Shown here piece after piece: positions 13,536 through 22,626 of a stretch of DNA of 64,000 nucleotides. Numbering within the stretch: the stretch's first letter is position 1; each line of letters opens with the position of its first letter. This DNA is from Thermoanaerobaculia bacterium (GTDB taxonomy: Bacteria > Acidobacteriota > Thermoanaerobaculia > UBA5066): positions 352,001-416,000 of the forward strand of contig CAWFJJ010000029.1 in NCBI GenBank assembly GCA_963816185.1, read 5' to 3'. A program made the position numbers and the translations under genes. The notes beneath the pieces were generated by a model. That model saw nothing but the letters and a program-made list of their open reading frames with translations. It was not told the DNA's origin and did no database searches.

Positions 13536-15761
13536 TTGAAAACCCGTCTCAACCTCGTCCTTGCTCTCTGTCTTCTGTCCACCGCGTCTCGCGCGGACGA
13601 AGGCATGTGGATGCCGCAGCAGATCCCGCAGCTCGCCGAGCGGCTGAGGGCGATGGGCTTCCAGGGCGATCCTCAGGCCTTTGCCGATCTCACCGGCCAG
13701 CCCATGGGAGCGATCGTGTCCCTGGGCGGCTGCAGCGCCTCCTTCATCTCGCCGGACGGACTCATCGTCACGAACAACCACTGCGTGCAGGGCGCGCTCC
13801 AGTACAACTCGAAGTCCGACCACAACCTCATGATCGACGGCTACCTCGCGAAGTCGCGCGCGGACGAGCTGTGGAGCGGGCCAGGCTCCCGTGTCTTCGT
13901 GACCGTGTCGGTCAAGGAAGTCACCGGTGAGATCGCCGGGAACATCGACTCGCGAACCGCGGACCGCAAGAGGTTCGACGTCGTCGAGCATCGCGTCAAG
14001 GCGAAGACGGCGGAATGCGAGAAAGCCGGCCTGCGCTGCACGGTCGCGCCGTTCTTCGAAGGCCTCAAGTGGTTCGAGATCGCCCAGCTCGAGATCCAGG
14101 ACGTGAGGCTCGTCTACGCGCCGGCGGCCGGCATCGGCAACTTCGGCGGCGAGACGGACAACTGGCAATGGCCACGCCACACGGGCGATTGGTCTTTCAC
14201 CCGGGCGTACGTGTCTCCGTCCGGCAAGTCCGTGCCGTACGCGAAGGAGAACGTCCCCTTCAAGCCGAAGCACTGGCTCAAGGTCTCCCCCGCGGGCGTG
14301 AATCCCGGCGACCTCGTCTTCGTCGTGGGCTATCCCGGGCGTACGTACCGCCTGAACGCGTACGACGAGGTCAAGGAGACGGTCGAGTGGACCCTCCCGC
14401 GCGCGATCAAGCGCTCCACGGACCGGATCGCGATCCTGGAGAAGCTCGCGAAAGAGGACAAGGAAACGTCTCTACACGTCGCGCAGGCGATCCGCGGTCT
14501 CAACAACGGCCTCACGAAGAACAAGGGCGTCCTGCAAGGGATGATCAAGGGCGGCCTTCTCTTCGACAAGGCGCAGGCGGAGAGGGACTTCGTGAAGTGG
14601 ATCGACGCCGAACCCGCCCGCAAGACGACGTACGGCTTCGTGATCCCGTCGCTCGACGCCCTCGTCGCCCGACATGCGAAGACGCGCGAGCGAGACGCGC
14701 TCCTCACGGAGCTCTCCGGCACGACGAGAATGACGATCGGCTCGGCGCTCGCGTCCGCCGAGGGGCTGTACCGCTTCGCGATCGAGAAGGCGAAGAAGGA
14801 CATCGACCGCGACCCGGCTTTCCAGGAGCGCAACTGGGGGCGCATTCGCGATGCACAGGAACGAGCCCAGCGCACGCTCGACCGGAAGGCCGACCGTGCC
14901 CTGATGCGCTACGCCCTCGTGGATGTCGCGAGGCTCCCGGCGGACCAGCGGATCGAGGCCCTCGACAAGGGGATCGGCCTGAAGCCGGGGATGAGCGAGG
15001 CCGGCGCGGGAAAGGCGATCGACGCGTGGCTCGACAAGCTCATCGCCGGGACGAAGATCTATGACAAGGCCTTCCGGATGTCCCTCCTCGACGAGAAGTC
15101 CAGAACGGATCTCCTCGCGACGAAGGACTCGATGGTCCTCCTCGCCGCCGAGCTCTACCCGCTTGAGGACGCGAACCGCGAGAAGGACAAGGAGCGCGAG
15201 GGCGCTCTCTACCGCCTCGGGCCACGGTACGCGGAGGCGCTCCTCGCGAAGAACGGCGGGCTCGTCTCGCCGGACGCGAACTCCACGCTCCGCGTCACGT
15301 ACGGCAGGGTTCTCGGCGTCCCGGAGAGGGACGGGCTCATCTACTCTCCTCAGACGACGCTTGCGGGCGTGTCCGAGAAAGCGACGGGCGAGGGCGAGTT
15401 CAACGCCCCGAAGGCCGAGCTCGACGCGATCAAGGCGCTCCGGGCGGGGAAGGCGAGCCCCTACGTCGACCCGAAGCTCGGCGACGTGCCGGTGAACTTC
15501 CTTTCGACCGTCGACACGACGGGCGGCAACTCGGGCTCGGCCACGCTCGACGCGAAGGGCGAGCTCTGCGGCCTCCTGTTCGACGGCACGTTCGACACGG
15601 TCGCTTCCGACTACCTCTTCGACCCCGTCAAGACGCGTTCGATCCACGTCGACAGCCGCTACATGCTCTGGACGATGACCGAGGTGGACGGCGCGACGAA
15701 CCTGCTCAAGGAGATGGGCGAGGCGCCGAGTCTCGACGTGAAGGCCGTCGGCTCCCGCTGA
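13536..15761 (+). CDS. S46 family dipeptidyl peptidase (DPP7/DAP BII-like), secreted
   Basis: Signal peptide followed by DEGMW; TNNHC (catalytic His), NWQWPRHTGD (Asp) and TGGNSGS (Ser). The S1 motif is FDG (DPP7-type), not FDR (DPP11-type). TTG start with GAGGAGG RBS. Confidence 0.93.
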   Translation: MKTRLNLVLALCLLSTASRADEGMWMPQQIPQLAERLRAMGFQGDPQAFADLTGQPMGAIVSLGGCSASFISPDGLIVTNNHCVQGALQYNSKSDHNLMIDGYLAKSRADELWSGPGSRVFVTVSVKEVTGEIAGNIDSRTADRKRFDVVEHRVKAKTAECEKAGLRCTVAPFFEGLKWFEIAQLEIQDVRLVYAPAAGIGNFGGETDNWQWPRHTGDWSFTRAYVSPSGKSVPYAKENVPFKPKHWLKVSPAGVNPGDLVFVVGYPGRTYRLNAYDEVKETVEWTLPRAIKRSTDRIAILEKLAKEDKETSLHVAQAIRGLNNGLTKNKGVLQGMIKGGLLFDKAQAERDFVKWIDAEPARKTTYGFVIPSLDALVARHAKTRERDALLTELSGTTRMTIGSALASAEGLYRFAIEKAKKDIDRDPAFQERNWGRIRDAQERAQRTLDRKADRALMRYALVDVARLPADQRIEALDKGIGLKPGMSEAGAGKAIDAWLDKLIAGTKIYDKAFRMSLLDEKSRTDLLATKDSMVLLAAELYPLEDANREKDKEREGALYRLGPRYAEALLAKNGGLVSPDANSTLRVTYGRVLGVPERDGLIYSPQTTLAGVSEKATGEGEFNAPKAELDAIKALRAGKASPYVDPKLGDVPVNFLSTVDTTGGNSGSATLDAKGELCGLLFDGTFDTVASDYLFDPVKTRSIHVDSRYMLWTMTEVDGATNLLKEMGEAPSLDVKAVGSR

Positions 15762-15775
15762 ACTCGGGCAAGCGG

Positions 15776-16348
15776 TCAGCGCCCCGTCTTTTCCGCGGCG
15801 ATCGGGATAGCCGGGGAGCTCGTCAGCCCTCCGGAGGGGCTGGCCTCCACCACGAGGCCCGTGAACTCGATGGCACTGATCGAGGTCTCCACCGTGGTGG
15901 CCTGAACGCGGACGTGCCAGATCCGGGCGAGCCCGCGGAGCAGAGTCTCCCCCTGGTTCCCTCCCCCGACGAGGCAACCCTGCAGCTCGACCCGTGCCTG
16001 CGGAGAGAAGTAAGGGGTCAGATTCCGGAGATATGGCTCGAGCAGCTTGATGTTCGAGACCGCGATCGCGTTTCCGTCCTTTTCCGTGCTGTAATTTTCT
16101 TTTTTTCCGTTCTTGTCGTATCCGATCTCGCCGGCGATGTTGAAGACCCCCTGGTTTCCGTGAGAGTAGATCCTGAGGACGGAGACGCTTCCCGGGCCAG
16201 CCGCCGCCTGGATGACGTCCTTGACCATCTGGGCCACGGCGTTGGAAACGCTCAGGTTGCTCTCGATGACCGTCTTGCCGAGCTGCTGCAGCCGCCACTT
16301 CGTCCTGAGAAGGGCCCGATCAGAGATATCGACGACGGCGATCTCCAT
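15776..16348 (-). CDS. DUF4347-like protein with a putative caspase/hemoglobinase-fold His-Cys dyad
   Basis: LRIYSHG ... VELQGC ... LLRGLARIW pattern; AGGAGGA RBS. Confidence 0.6.
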   Translation of the reverse strand: MEIAVVDISDRALLRTKWRLQQLGKTVIESNLSVSNAVAQMVKDVIQAAAGPGSVSVLRIYSHGNQGVFNIAGEIGYDKNGKKENYSTEKDGNAIAVSNIKLLEPYLRNLTPYFSPQARVELQGCLVGGGNQGETLLRGLARIWHVRVQATTVETSISAIEFTGLVVEASPSGGLTSSPAIPIAAEKTGR

Positions 16349-16447
16349 GACGTCCTCCTGGCGGCCTCCGGTAGCCCCATGTCATCCTTCTTATGCGTAG
16401 GATCGAGTCCGATCGTCTCATTCAATTCGCCGAGGTTTGTCGCGACC

Positions 16448-16463
16448 CGGCACGCCGGATGCT
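16448..16463 (+). promoter_or_regulatory. Candidate sigma54 (-24/-12) promoter for the 50-aa gene
   Basis: CGGCACGCCGGATGCT, with GG-N10-GC and a CACG core; ends 27 nt before the ATG at 16491. Confidence 0.6.
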
Positions 16464-16490
16464 TCATTCCGGCGATGGGAGGGTGATCCG

Positions 16491-16643
16491 ATGATCCGGA
16501 AGCTGAAGTCCGGCGGTTACCGGCTCTATTCGCGAAGAAAAGACCCGAAGACAGGCCGGAAGTGGCACCTCGGGACGTTTTCGACGCTCGCCGCCGCAAA
16601 AAAGCACGAGCGCGCCGTCCAGTTCTTCAAACGGGCGGGATAA
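16491..16643 (+). CDS. Small basic 50-aa protein with an AP2-like LGTF motif
   Basis: GGGAGG RBS. Sequence: MIRKLKSGGYRLYSRRKDPKTGRKWHLGTFSTLAAAKKHERAVQFFKRAG. Confidence 0.8.
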   Translation: MIRKLKSGGYRLYSRRKDPKTGRKWHLGTFSTLAAAKKHERAVQFFKRAG

Positions 16644-16666
16644 GAAACGTTCCCTTCGTCCGCGCC

Positions 16667-17761
16667 TCAGCTCGCGATCGAGGCGAGGATGATGAAGAGG
16701 AGCACGGCGGCGGCGATCGCGAGACCGATCTTGACCCACGACCACGGCGCCTTGCCTCCGACCTGACCCGTCACGCCGTTGACGAGGAAGCGATACGGCT
16801 TGCCGGCGTACTGATAGGCCGCGATCCAGACCGGCAGGAGGGCGTTCTTGTACGTCACCGCGGACCAGGCCGTGCGCACGTTCAGATTCCGGCTGCGGTC
16901 GCCCGGGACCTCGCGGCTGCACCCCGCGTAAATCTCCCGGCTCATGCGCTCTTGCGCCCGGAGAAGCGCGTCCTTCGCGCCGAGCGCGTACTCCTCGGCG
17001 AGAAAGCCCGAGAGGTACGACGGCTCGTAGGAAACCAGGTCGTGCGTGGGAAAGGGCTCGATCGAGACCGCGAGATCGGGCGGCAGGCCCTTCGACGCCG
17101 GCACCGGCACGTCGTCGAAGGCGTGCTCGTGGACGCCTTCGGCCGGCTCCCACCGCGTGCGCGTCTCGTAGCGCGTCACCCACTGGCCGTTCTCCTCGAC
17201 CTGAACCGACACCTGGTAGTCGAACCCGGCCTCCGCCGTCCACGCTGAGTGCGTCGCGGCGTCGAACGTCCAGAACGGCACGTAGACGCCTTTCAGCTCC
17301 GAAAGCGCGGATTTCTGCGAGAGATCGTCCGGCCGGAACCACAGGCCCGTGAGCCACTGGCGGAACTTTCCGCCCGCGGCATCGCGGTCCAGCCGAAAAG
17401 GGAGAAGCCCTTCGGGACGGACCATCGAGTCGTTCGCGGGCGCCTCGACGACCGAGGGCGCCCCGCAGAACGCGCAGCGCGACGCGGCGACGCCGGCGGC
17501 AAAAGTCGTCGTCGCGCCACAGCCGCGGCACGAGACGGCTTTCCGCGCCATGCCCCATCCGAGGTCGTGCGCGCCGGCGAGCGCCTCCTCGATCGGGTGC
17601 TCGCGTACCTCGGCGGCCGACTTGGGGAAGTGCCGTTCGGCCCCGCAATACGGACACTTCAACGAGGCGGCGCCGGGATTCCAGACGACGTCGGCTCCGC
17701 AGGCCGCGCACGGAAAGCTCCGAACCTTCGCCGGAGCGGCCGGCGACGCGCCTTCCTCCAT
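16667..17761 (-). CDS. Zinc-ribbon protein with a C-terminal TM anchor (YdjG-like)
   Basis: Four CxxCG motifs (CAACG, CPYCG, CRGCG, CAFCG); YVPFWTFD, LLPVW and VNGVTG motifs; C-terminal hydrophobic helix. Confidence 0.8.
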   Translation of the reverse strand: MEEGASPAAPAKVRSFPCAACGADVVWNPGAASLKCPYCGAERHFPKSAAEVREHPIEEALAGAHDLGWGMARKAVSCRGCGATTTFAAGVAASRCAFCGAPSVVEAPANDSMVRPEGLLPFRLDRDAAGGKFRQWLTGLWFRPDDLSQKSALSELKGVYVPFWTFDAATHSAWTAEAGFDYQVSVQVEENGQWVTRYETRTRWEPAEGVHEHAFDDVPVPASKGLPPDLAVSIEPFPTHDLVSYEPSYLSGFLAEEYALGAKDALLRAQERMSREIYAGCSREVPGDRSRNLNVRTAWSAVTYKNALLPVWIAAYQYAGKPYRFLVNGVTGQVGGKAPWSWVKIGLAIAAAVLLFIILASIAS

Positions 17762-17774
17762 TCCGGACGTCGCG

Positions 17775-18938
17775 TCAGCGGGCGGGCGGCGGCGGAGGAG
17801 GCGGCGTGGGCGGAGCCGGAGCGGACGAGCCGGCGAACTCCGCGAACGTCGAAAGAGGCGCCCAACCCGCGGCACCGGGCTTCCACGCGAGCGTGCCTGG
17901 CGCCACCTGGCCGGCGGCCACCATCCCCTTCAAGGCGTCGTCCGTGTACGGGCCGTATGTCTTCCCGTCGATCGTGACCGACCAGCGCGGTGCGACGAAG
18001 CCGAGCCCCGCGGGCGGGGGCGGAGCGCCGGGCGCGGGCGGGGGACCGCCCATGCCGCTGGCCAGCGCGCCGCCCATCATTCCGCCCATCGCGATGCCCG
18101 CGCCGATGCCGACGCCGGCGCCCGCGGCGCCTCCCGGGTTCGCGGCCGCGACCTTCATCGCGTCGGCGGCCTGAAGCTGCGTGTACTGGCCCATGCGGTC
18201 GCCGAGGACGCCCAGCTTCGTGCGCTGGTCGATCGCGGCCTCGACCTCCTCGGGCAGCGAGACGTTCTCGATGAAGAACTTCGAGAGCTCGAGGCCGTAG
18301 GCCTGGAACTCGGGCCCGAGAATCTGCCGGGCGTGCAAGGAGAGCTCGTCGTACTTGGACGCGATGTCGAGCGCCGCGATCTTCGATTCGGCGATCGCGT
18401 CCGACAGGCGCGAGAGGATCGTCGAGCGGAGCTGGCCCGTGATCTCGTCCGTCGTCGTCAGGCCGTGCGTCCCGACGATCGTCGCGAAGAACGCCTTCGG
18501 GTCTGAGATCTTCATCGCGTACGTGCCGAACGCGCGCAGGCGGATCATCCCGAACTCCGCGTCGCGCATCATCACGGGGTTCGTCGTGCCCCACTTCAGG
18601 TCCGTGAAGAACCGCATGTTGAAGAAGTAGACCTCGGCCTTGAACGGCGATTGGAAGCCGTACTTCCACCCGCGCAGCGTCGTGAGGATCGGCATGTTCT
18701 GCGTCGTGAGCTGGTAGCGGCCCGGGCTGAAGAGGTCGGCCGCCTTCCCCTCGTTGATGAAGAGCGCGGCCTGGTTCTCGCGAACCGTGAGCTGCGCGTT
18801 CATCTTGATCTCCTGGTTGTAGACGGGGAAGCGGTAGACGAGCGAATCGTTCGTGTCGTCGAGCCACTGGAGGATCTCGATGAACTGCGAGCCGAGCTGG
18901 CTGCCGATCTGCTGTTTCAGGTTGTCGATCAGGCCCAT
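17775..18938 (-). CDS. SPFH/band-7 domain protein (YdjI-like) with a C-terminal GYF_2 domain
   Basis: LTVRENQ.A, PGRYQL.TQNMP, SPFKAEVYF, KWGT.NP, LRAFG and SLPEEV motifs. C-terminal TYGPY..DAL...TLAWKPG..GW is GYF_2-like. Confidence 0.88.
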   Translation of the reverse strand: MGLIDNLKQQIGSQLGSQFIEILQWLDDTNDSLVYRFPVYNQEIKMNAQLTVRENQAALFINEGKAADLFSPGRYQLTTQNMPILTTLRGWKYGFQSPFKAEVYFFNMRFFTDLKWGTTNPVMMRDAEFGMIRLRAFGTYAMKISDPKAFFATIVGTHGLTTTDEITGQLRSTILSRLSDAIAESKIAALDIASKYDELSLHARQILGPEFQAYGLELSKFFIENVSLPEEVEAAIDQRTKLGVLGDRMGQYTQLQAADAMKVAAANPGGAAGAGVGIGAGIAMGGMMGGALASGMGGPPPAPGAPPPPAGLGFVAPRWSVTIDGKTYGPYTDDALKGMVAAGQVAPGTLAWKPGAAGWAPLSTFAEFAGSSAPAPPTPPPPPPPAR

Positions 18939-18987
18939 GGGAGAACCTCCTTGGGGCGGAAAACAGATGATCCAGTCTATCCAATGA

Positions 18988-19013
18988 TACGAATCCGGGG
19001 GGATGCGGGTTCA
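18988..19013 (-). promoter_or_regulatory. Candidate ECF-sigma promoter for the SPFH-Zn ribbon operon
   Basis: Minus strand reads TGAACC-N16-CGTA, one mismatch from the B. subtilis SigW consensus TGAAAC-N16-CGTA. Confidence 0.5.
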
Positions 19014-19041
19014 AGCCTCATCCGGAAGGACTTATGGGGGC

Positions 19042-19701
19042 TTAGGAGACCTCCGCGAACGCCCGCACGGGGAACGTCCCCATTCCCGCGACCTTGACGG
19101 GCACGGCGTAGAACCGGAAGCCTGACGCAGGCAGCTCGTCGAGGTTGCAGAGGTGCTCGACGACGGGAATGCCGGCGCGGAGGAGGATCGAGTGCACGGG
19201 CCGCGTCTTGTCGTTCGTGTCGTCGATGTTGTGCGAATCGATCCCGACGATCGCGGCGCCGCCCTTCACGAGGAGGGTTGCGGCGGCTTCGGTCAAATGA
19301 GAAGAGCGTTGAAGGTAAGCGGGCGTCCCCCAGAACGTGGACCAGCCTGTGAAGAAAAGGACGGCCCGACTCCTGACCTCTTTACCTTCTAAGAAATCTC
19401 CATTCACGGCGAGCCCCTGCGCATGCGGCGCCGCGATGAGAATGCCTTCTCGGCCTGCCAGCAAATCGAGTGAAAGGCCCGAAAGATCCGCGCCGTCCTC
19501 CCACCGGTGGAACGGCGCGTCCACGTACGTGCCCGTGTTCGCGACCATCTCGATCTTCCCGATCTGGAACGTCGTCCCGCCCGCGTAGAGCGGGCGAGAG
19601 GCCTCACGACTGAGGTGGTCTCGGATGACCGGGCCGGGCAGGCCCTTGTACGTGACCATGCCCGCTTCGACCGTGTGGCTGAGGTCGAGAAGGCGCGCCA
19701 T
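19042..19701 (-). CDS. Cyclase family (kynurenine formamidase-like) protein
   Basis: DLSH, ANTGTYVDAPFH, GIDS, H.ILL..GIPVVEHL.NL and FPVRAFA motifs. Confidence 0.9.
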   Translation of the reverse strand: MARLLDLSHTVEAGMVTYKGLPGPVIRDHLSREASRPLYAGGTTFQIGKIEMVANTGTYVDAPFHRWEDGADLSGLSLDLLAGREGILIAAPHAQGLAVNGDFLEGKEVRSRAVLFFTGWSTFWGTPAYLQRSSHLTEAAATLLVKGGAAIVGIDSHNIDDTNDKTRPVHSILLRAGIPVVEHLCNLDELPASGFRFYAVPVKVAGMGTFPVRAFAEVS

Positions 19702-20995
19702 GCCGCGAGGATACCGGCTGCGCGGGGCGGCCCTGGCGTCCGGCCATCGCCGTCTCGTGCTGAGTCCGTCTTTCGGCCTTCTCCCTGGAGCGCTTGCGCT
19801 CGTCGGCCTTGCGGGCGCGAATCGCGGCGATGCGCTCGGCTATCGGAACTTCGAAGCGCTCGGTTGGTCGCGTCGCATAGTCGAACTCCGGCACGGTGAC
19901 GCGCGGCAGGCGCTTGCCGATCGCGCGCTCGATCTGCCTGAGGTCCGCTTCCTCGTCGGGCGCGACGAAGGTGAACGCGTCCCCTTTCAGCTCGGCGCGC
20001 GCCGTGCGGCCCACGCGGTGGATGTAGTCCTCGGGGACGTGCGGGACGTCGAAGTTCACGACGTGCGAGAGGGCCTCGACGTCGATTCCGCGCGCCGCAA
20101 TGTCCGTCGCGACGAGGACCCTGAACCTCCCGTCCTTGAACGACGCGAGCGCCTGTGTGCGCTGCGCCTGGCTCCGGTTGCCGTGAATCCTCTCGCAGGG
20201 GACGCCGTGGCGCGTGAGCTGGTCCGCGAGGCGGTTCGCCCGATGCTTCGTGCGCGTGAACGTGAGGACGCTCTTGAGGTCGCCCCTCTTGAGCAGCGAG
20301 AGGAGGAGCGCGAGCTTCAGGTCCTGCGGAACGGGGTAGACGGCCTGCGTGATGCCGACCGCGGGCAGCGCCTGCCGCTCGATGTTGACGGACACGGGGT
20401 TCTTCAGCATCTCCCTCGAGAGGAGCGCGATCGGCGGCGGCATCGTGGCCGAGAAGAAGAGCGTCTGGCGGTCCTGGGGAAGGTGCCTGAGGACGCGGCG
20501 GATGTCGGGCAGAAAGCCCATGTCGAGCATCCGGTCCGCCTCGTCGAGAACGAGGATTTCGAGACCCGCCAGCTTCGCGTAGCCGAAGCGGAAGTGGTCG
20601 AGGAGGCGGCCGGGCGTCGCGACGATGACGTCCACGCCGCTCCGGAACGCATGCTCCTGGGGTCCCATTCCGACGCCGCCGAACACCGCGGCGCCGGACA
20701 TCGACGTGTGGACGGCAAGCTGCTTGAGGTGCTCGTCGATCTGCGCCGCGAGCTCGCGCGTGGGCGTCAGGATCAGCGCCCGCGTCGTGCCGCGTGGCTT
20801 CGCCATGAGCCGGTGAAGGATCGGGAGAACGAACGCGGCCGTCTTGCCGCTGCCCGTCATCGCGCAGGCGAGGAGGTCGCGGCCCGCCATTGCGGGCGGG
20901 ATGGAGTCGACCTGGATGGGCGTCGGGCGCGTGAACGCCATCTCCTTGACGCCGCGCAGGAGATCGGGGTGGAGACCGAACGAGGAAAAGGCCAT
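19604..20995 (-). CDS. rhlE: DEAD-box RNA helicase (RhlE-like)
   Basis: Q motif PTPIQ, TGSGKT, PTRELA, TPGR, DEAD, SAT, ARGID and HRVGRTAR. Confidence 0.92.
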   Translation of the reverse strand: MAFSSFGLHPDLLRGVKEMAFTRPTPIQVDSIPPAMAGRDLLACAMTGSGKTAAFVLPILHRLMAKPRGTTRALILTPTRELAAQIDEHLKQLAVHTSMSGAAVFGGVGMGPQEHAFRSGVDVIVATPGRLLDHFRFGYAKLAGLEILVLDEADRMLDMGFLPDIRRVLRHLPQDRQTLFFSATMPPPIALLSREMLKNPVSVNIERQALPAVGITQAVYPVPQDLKLALLLSLLKRGDLKSVLTFTRTKHRANRLADQLTRHGVPCERIHGNRSQAQRTQALASFKDGRFRVLVATDIAARGIDVEALSHVVNFDVPHVPEDYIHRVGRTARAELKGDAFTFVAPDEEADLRQIERAIGKRLPRVTVPEFDYATRPTERFEVPIAERIAAIRARKADERKRSREKAERRTQHETAMAGRQGRPAQPVSSRHGAPSRPQPHGRSGHGHVQGPARPGHPRPPQS

Positions 20996-21095
20996 ATGGG
21001 AGGGATTCGCTTTCCGTACCGGGGCGCGTCGAGCGCGCCGCGCCGGCCGGCGTCAGGGTCTCACGGATCGTGGATTTCGGCAAATCCCGGCCGGT

Positions 21096-22529
21096 TCAGC
21101 GCTCGACGAGTGCCTTCGTCTCGACGACGTCCACGAGCGGGCTCGACAGGAGCCGTCGCGCGTGTCCGAGGCGCGAGGCGAGCGCGCCCGACGCGCGCAA
21201 CCCGTGCGGTAGGACGAAGAGGGTGGGCGCTCGAGGGGCCGACAAAATCGCGTCCGCTTCGGCCGCGAGCGTCGCGTTCTGAATCTCCTCCTCGCGATAC
21301 CAGCCCGGATGCGCTGCGACCGCCGATGGAAAGAGAACGACGCGGCCGGGCACCCCCGCGCGCGCGAGCCGGTAGTCCAGCTCGGGCCCCCAGTAACCCG
21401 CGGCGAGGACCCGTTGCCCCGCTCGGGCGGGCGCCTCGAGAAGGCGGGCGACGAGAGCGCCCGGCGACGGCTCGACGGCGCGTGGAAGCCAGAGCGCGAG
21501 AAGAGCCGTGGCGAGAGTGCCGACGCCCGCGGAAATGAAGGGCGGCGCTTCCGCGAGGAGGAGCGTGGCGAACGGCAGGAAGACGAGAGCCGTGCGCTCC
21601 GGTAGGACGAGCGTCGACTCCGCGAACTCGGCGAGCGCGAGAAGCGCGAGCGAAAAACCGAGGACGCGAGCGACGGGGGAAAAGGCGCCGCGCCACGCGC
21701 GCGCGACGAGGGCCGCGAGGAGGAGAGCGCCGGCCGCTCCGAGAGCCGCCATGGCCGGCGCGCCGGCCGGAGCGCCGAAGACGAGATTCGCGGGAAAGTC
21801 CCGGAGTGCGCTCGCGAACCCGGCCTCAGTCGACCACCCCATGGACGCGTGAGGCTGCGCGAGGGCGATGGGGAGCCACGACGCGGCGAGCGCGGCGGCG
21901 GCAAGCCCGGAGAGGACGAGGGCATGGCGCGCGGCGGGCCGGGCGTCGAGGGCGAGAATCGCGAGGGCCGCGACGGGAAAAACCGCGAGGTAGTGAGTGA
22001 GAACGGCTCCGGACGCCGCAAGCGTCAGGCCCAGAGCGACGCTGAACCGCGGCTTTTCCCGAAGCGCAAGCGCCCGCTCGAAGGCGAGGAGGACAAGGAG
22101 CGACGCGAGCGCGTACGCACGCCCTTCGGCCGCGTACATGATCGAGAGCGGGAAGACGGAATAAAGAGCAGCGGCCGGGAGGCCCATCTCGGGTCGCCCG
22201 AGTCGCCGCGCCACGGCGAAAAAGAGAGGCAGATGGAGGAGGGACGCGGCGAGGGAGAGGAGGCGCACGAGCACGTCCATGGCACCCGGAGCCGGGAACG
22301 GCGCGAGAAGGACGTACGTGAAGAAATAGTGGAGCGGAGGCCCCGAATCGACGCGAAGGGCGGCGAGAATCTCGGGAGCGCTCTTCCGAGCGACCGTCAG
22401 CGTGAAGATCTCGTCGGCCCAGAGTGGCCGGACGACGAGCGAGAAGACGCGGGCGACCACGCCGACCGTGATCGCCGCCCACGCGAGCGTACGCGTGAGG
22501 GTCGGACGCGCGCGAACGCTCGCCTTCAT
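21096..22529 (-). CDS. GT-C/ArnT-PMT-like (GT39 family) polytopic glycosyltransferase
   Basis: LWADE, D..PPL.Y, EGRAYAL and THY motifs with many TM helices. Confidence 0.8.
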   Translation of the reverse strand: MKASVRARPTLTRTLAWAAITVGVVARVFSLVVRPLWADEIFTLTVARKSAPEILAALRVDSGPPLHYFFTYVLLAPFPAPGAMDVLVRLLSLAASLLHLPLFFAVARRLGRPEMGLPAAALYSVFPLSIMYAAEGRAYALASLLVLLAFERALALREKPRFSVALGLTLAASGAVLTHYLAVFPVAALAILALDARPAARHALVLSGLAAAALAASWLPIALAQPHASMGWSTEAGFASALRDFPANLVFGAPAGAPAMAALGAAGALLLAALVARAWRGAFSPVARVLGFSLALLALAEFAESTLVLPERTALVFLPFATLLLAEAPPFISAGVGTLATALLALWLPRAVEPSPGALVARLLEAPARAGQRVLAAGYWGPELDYRLARAGVPGRVVLFPSAVAAHPGWYREEEIQNATLAAEADAILSAPRAPTLFVLPHGLRASGALASRLGHARRLLSSPLVDVVETKALVER

Positions 22530-22626
22530 GGGGCTCTCCTCGTCCGGAACGTAAGGTGAAAAGACTAACACCCGATGTCGGAGCCGGCCCCGACCCGTGT
22601 ATAAGGTCCCACTCAGGTCTGCGAAA

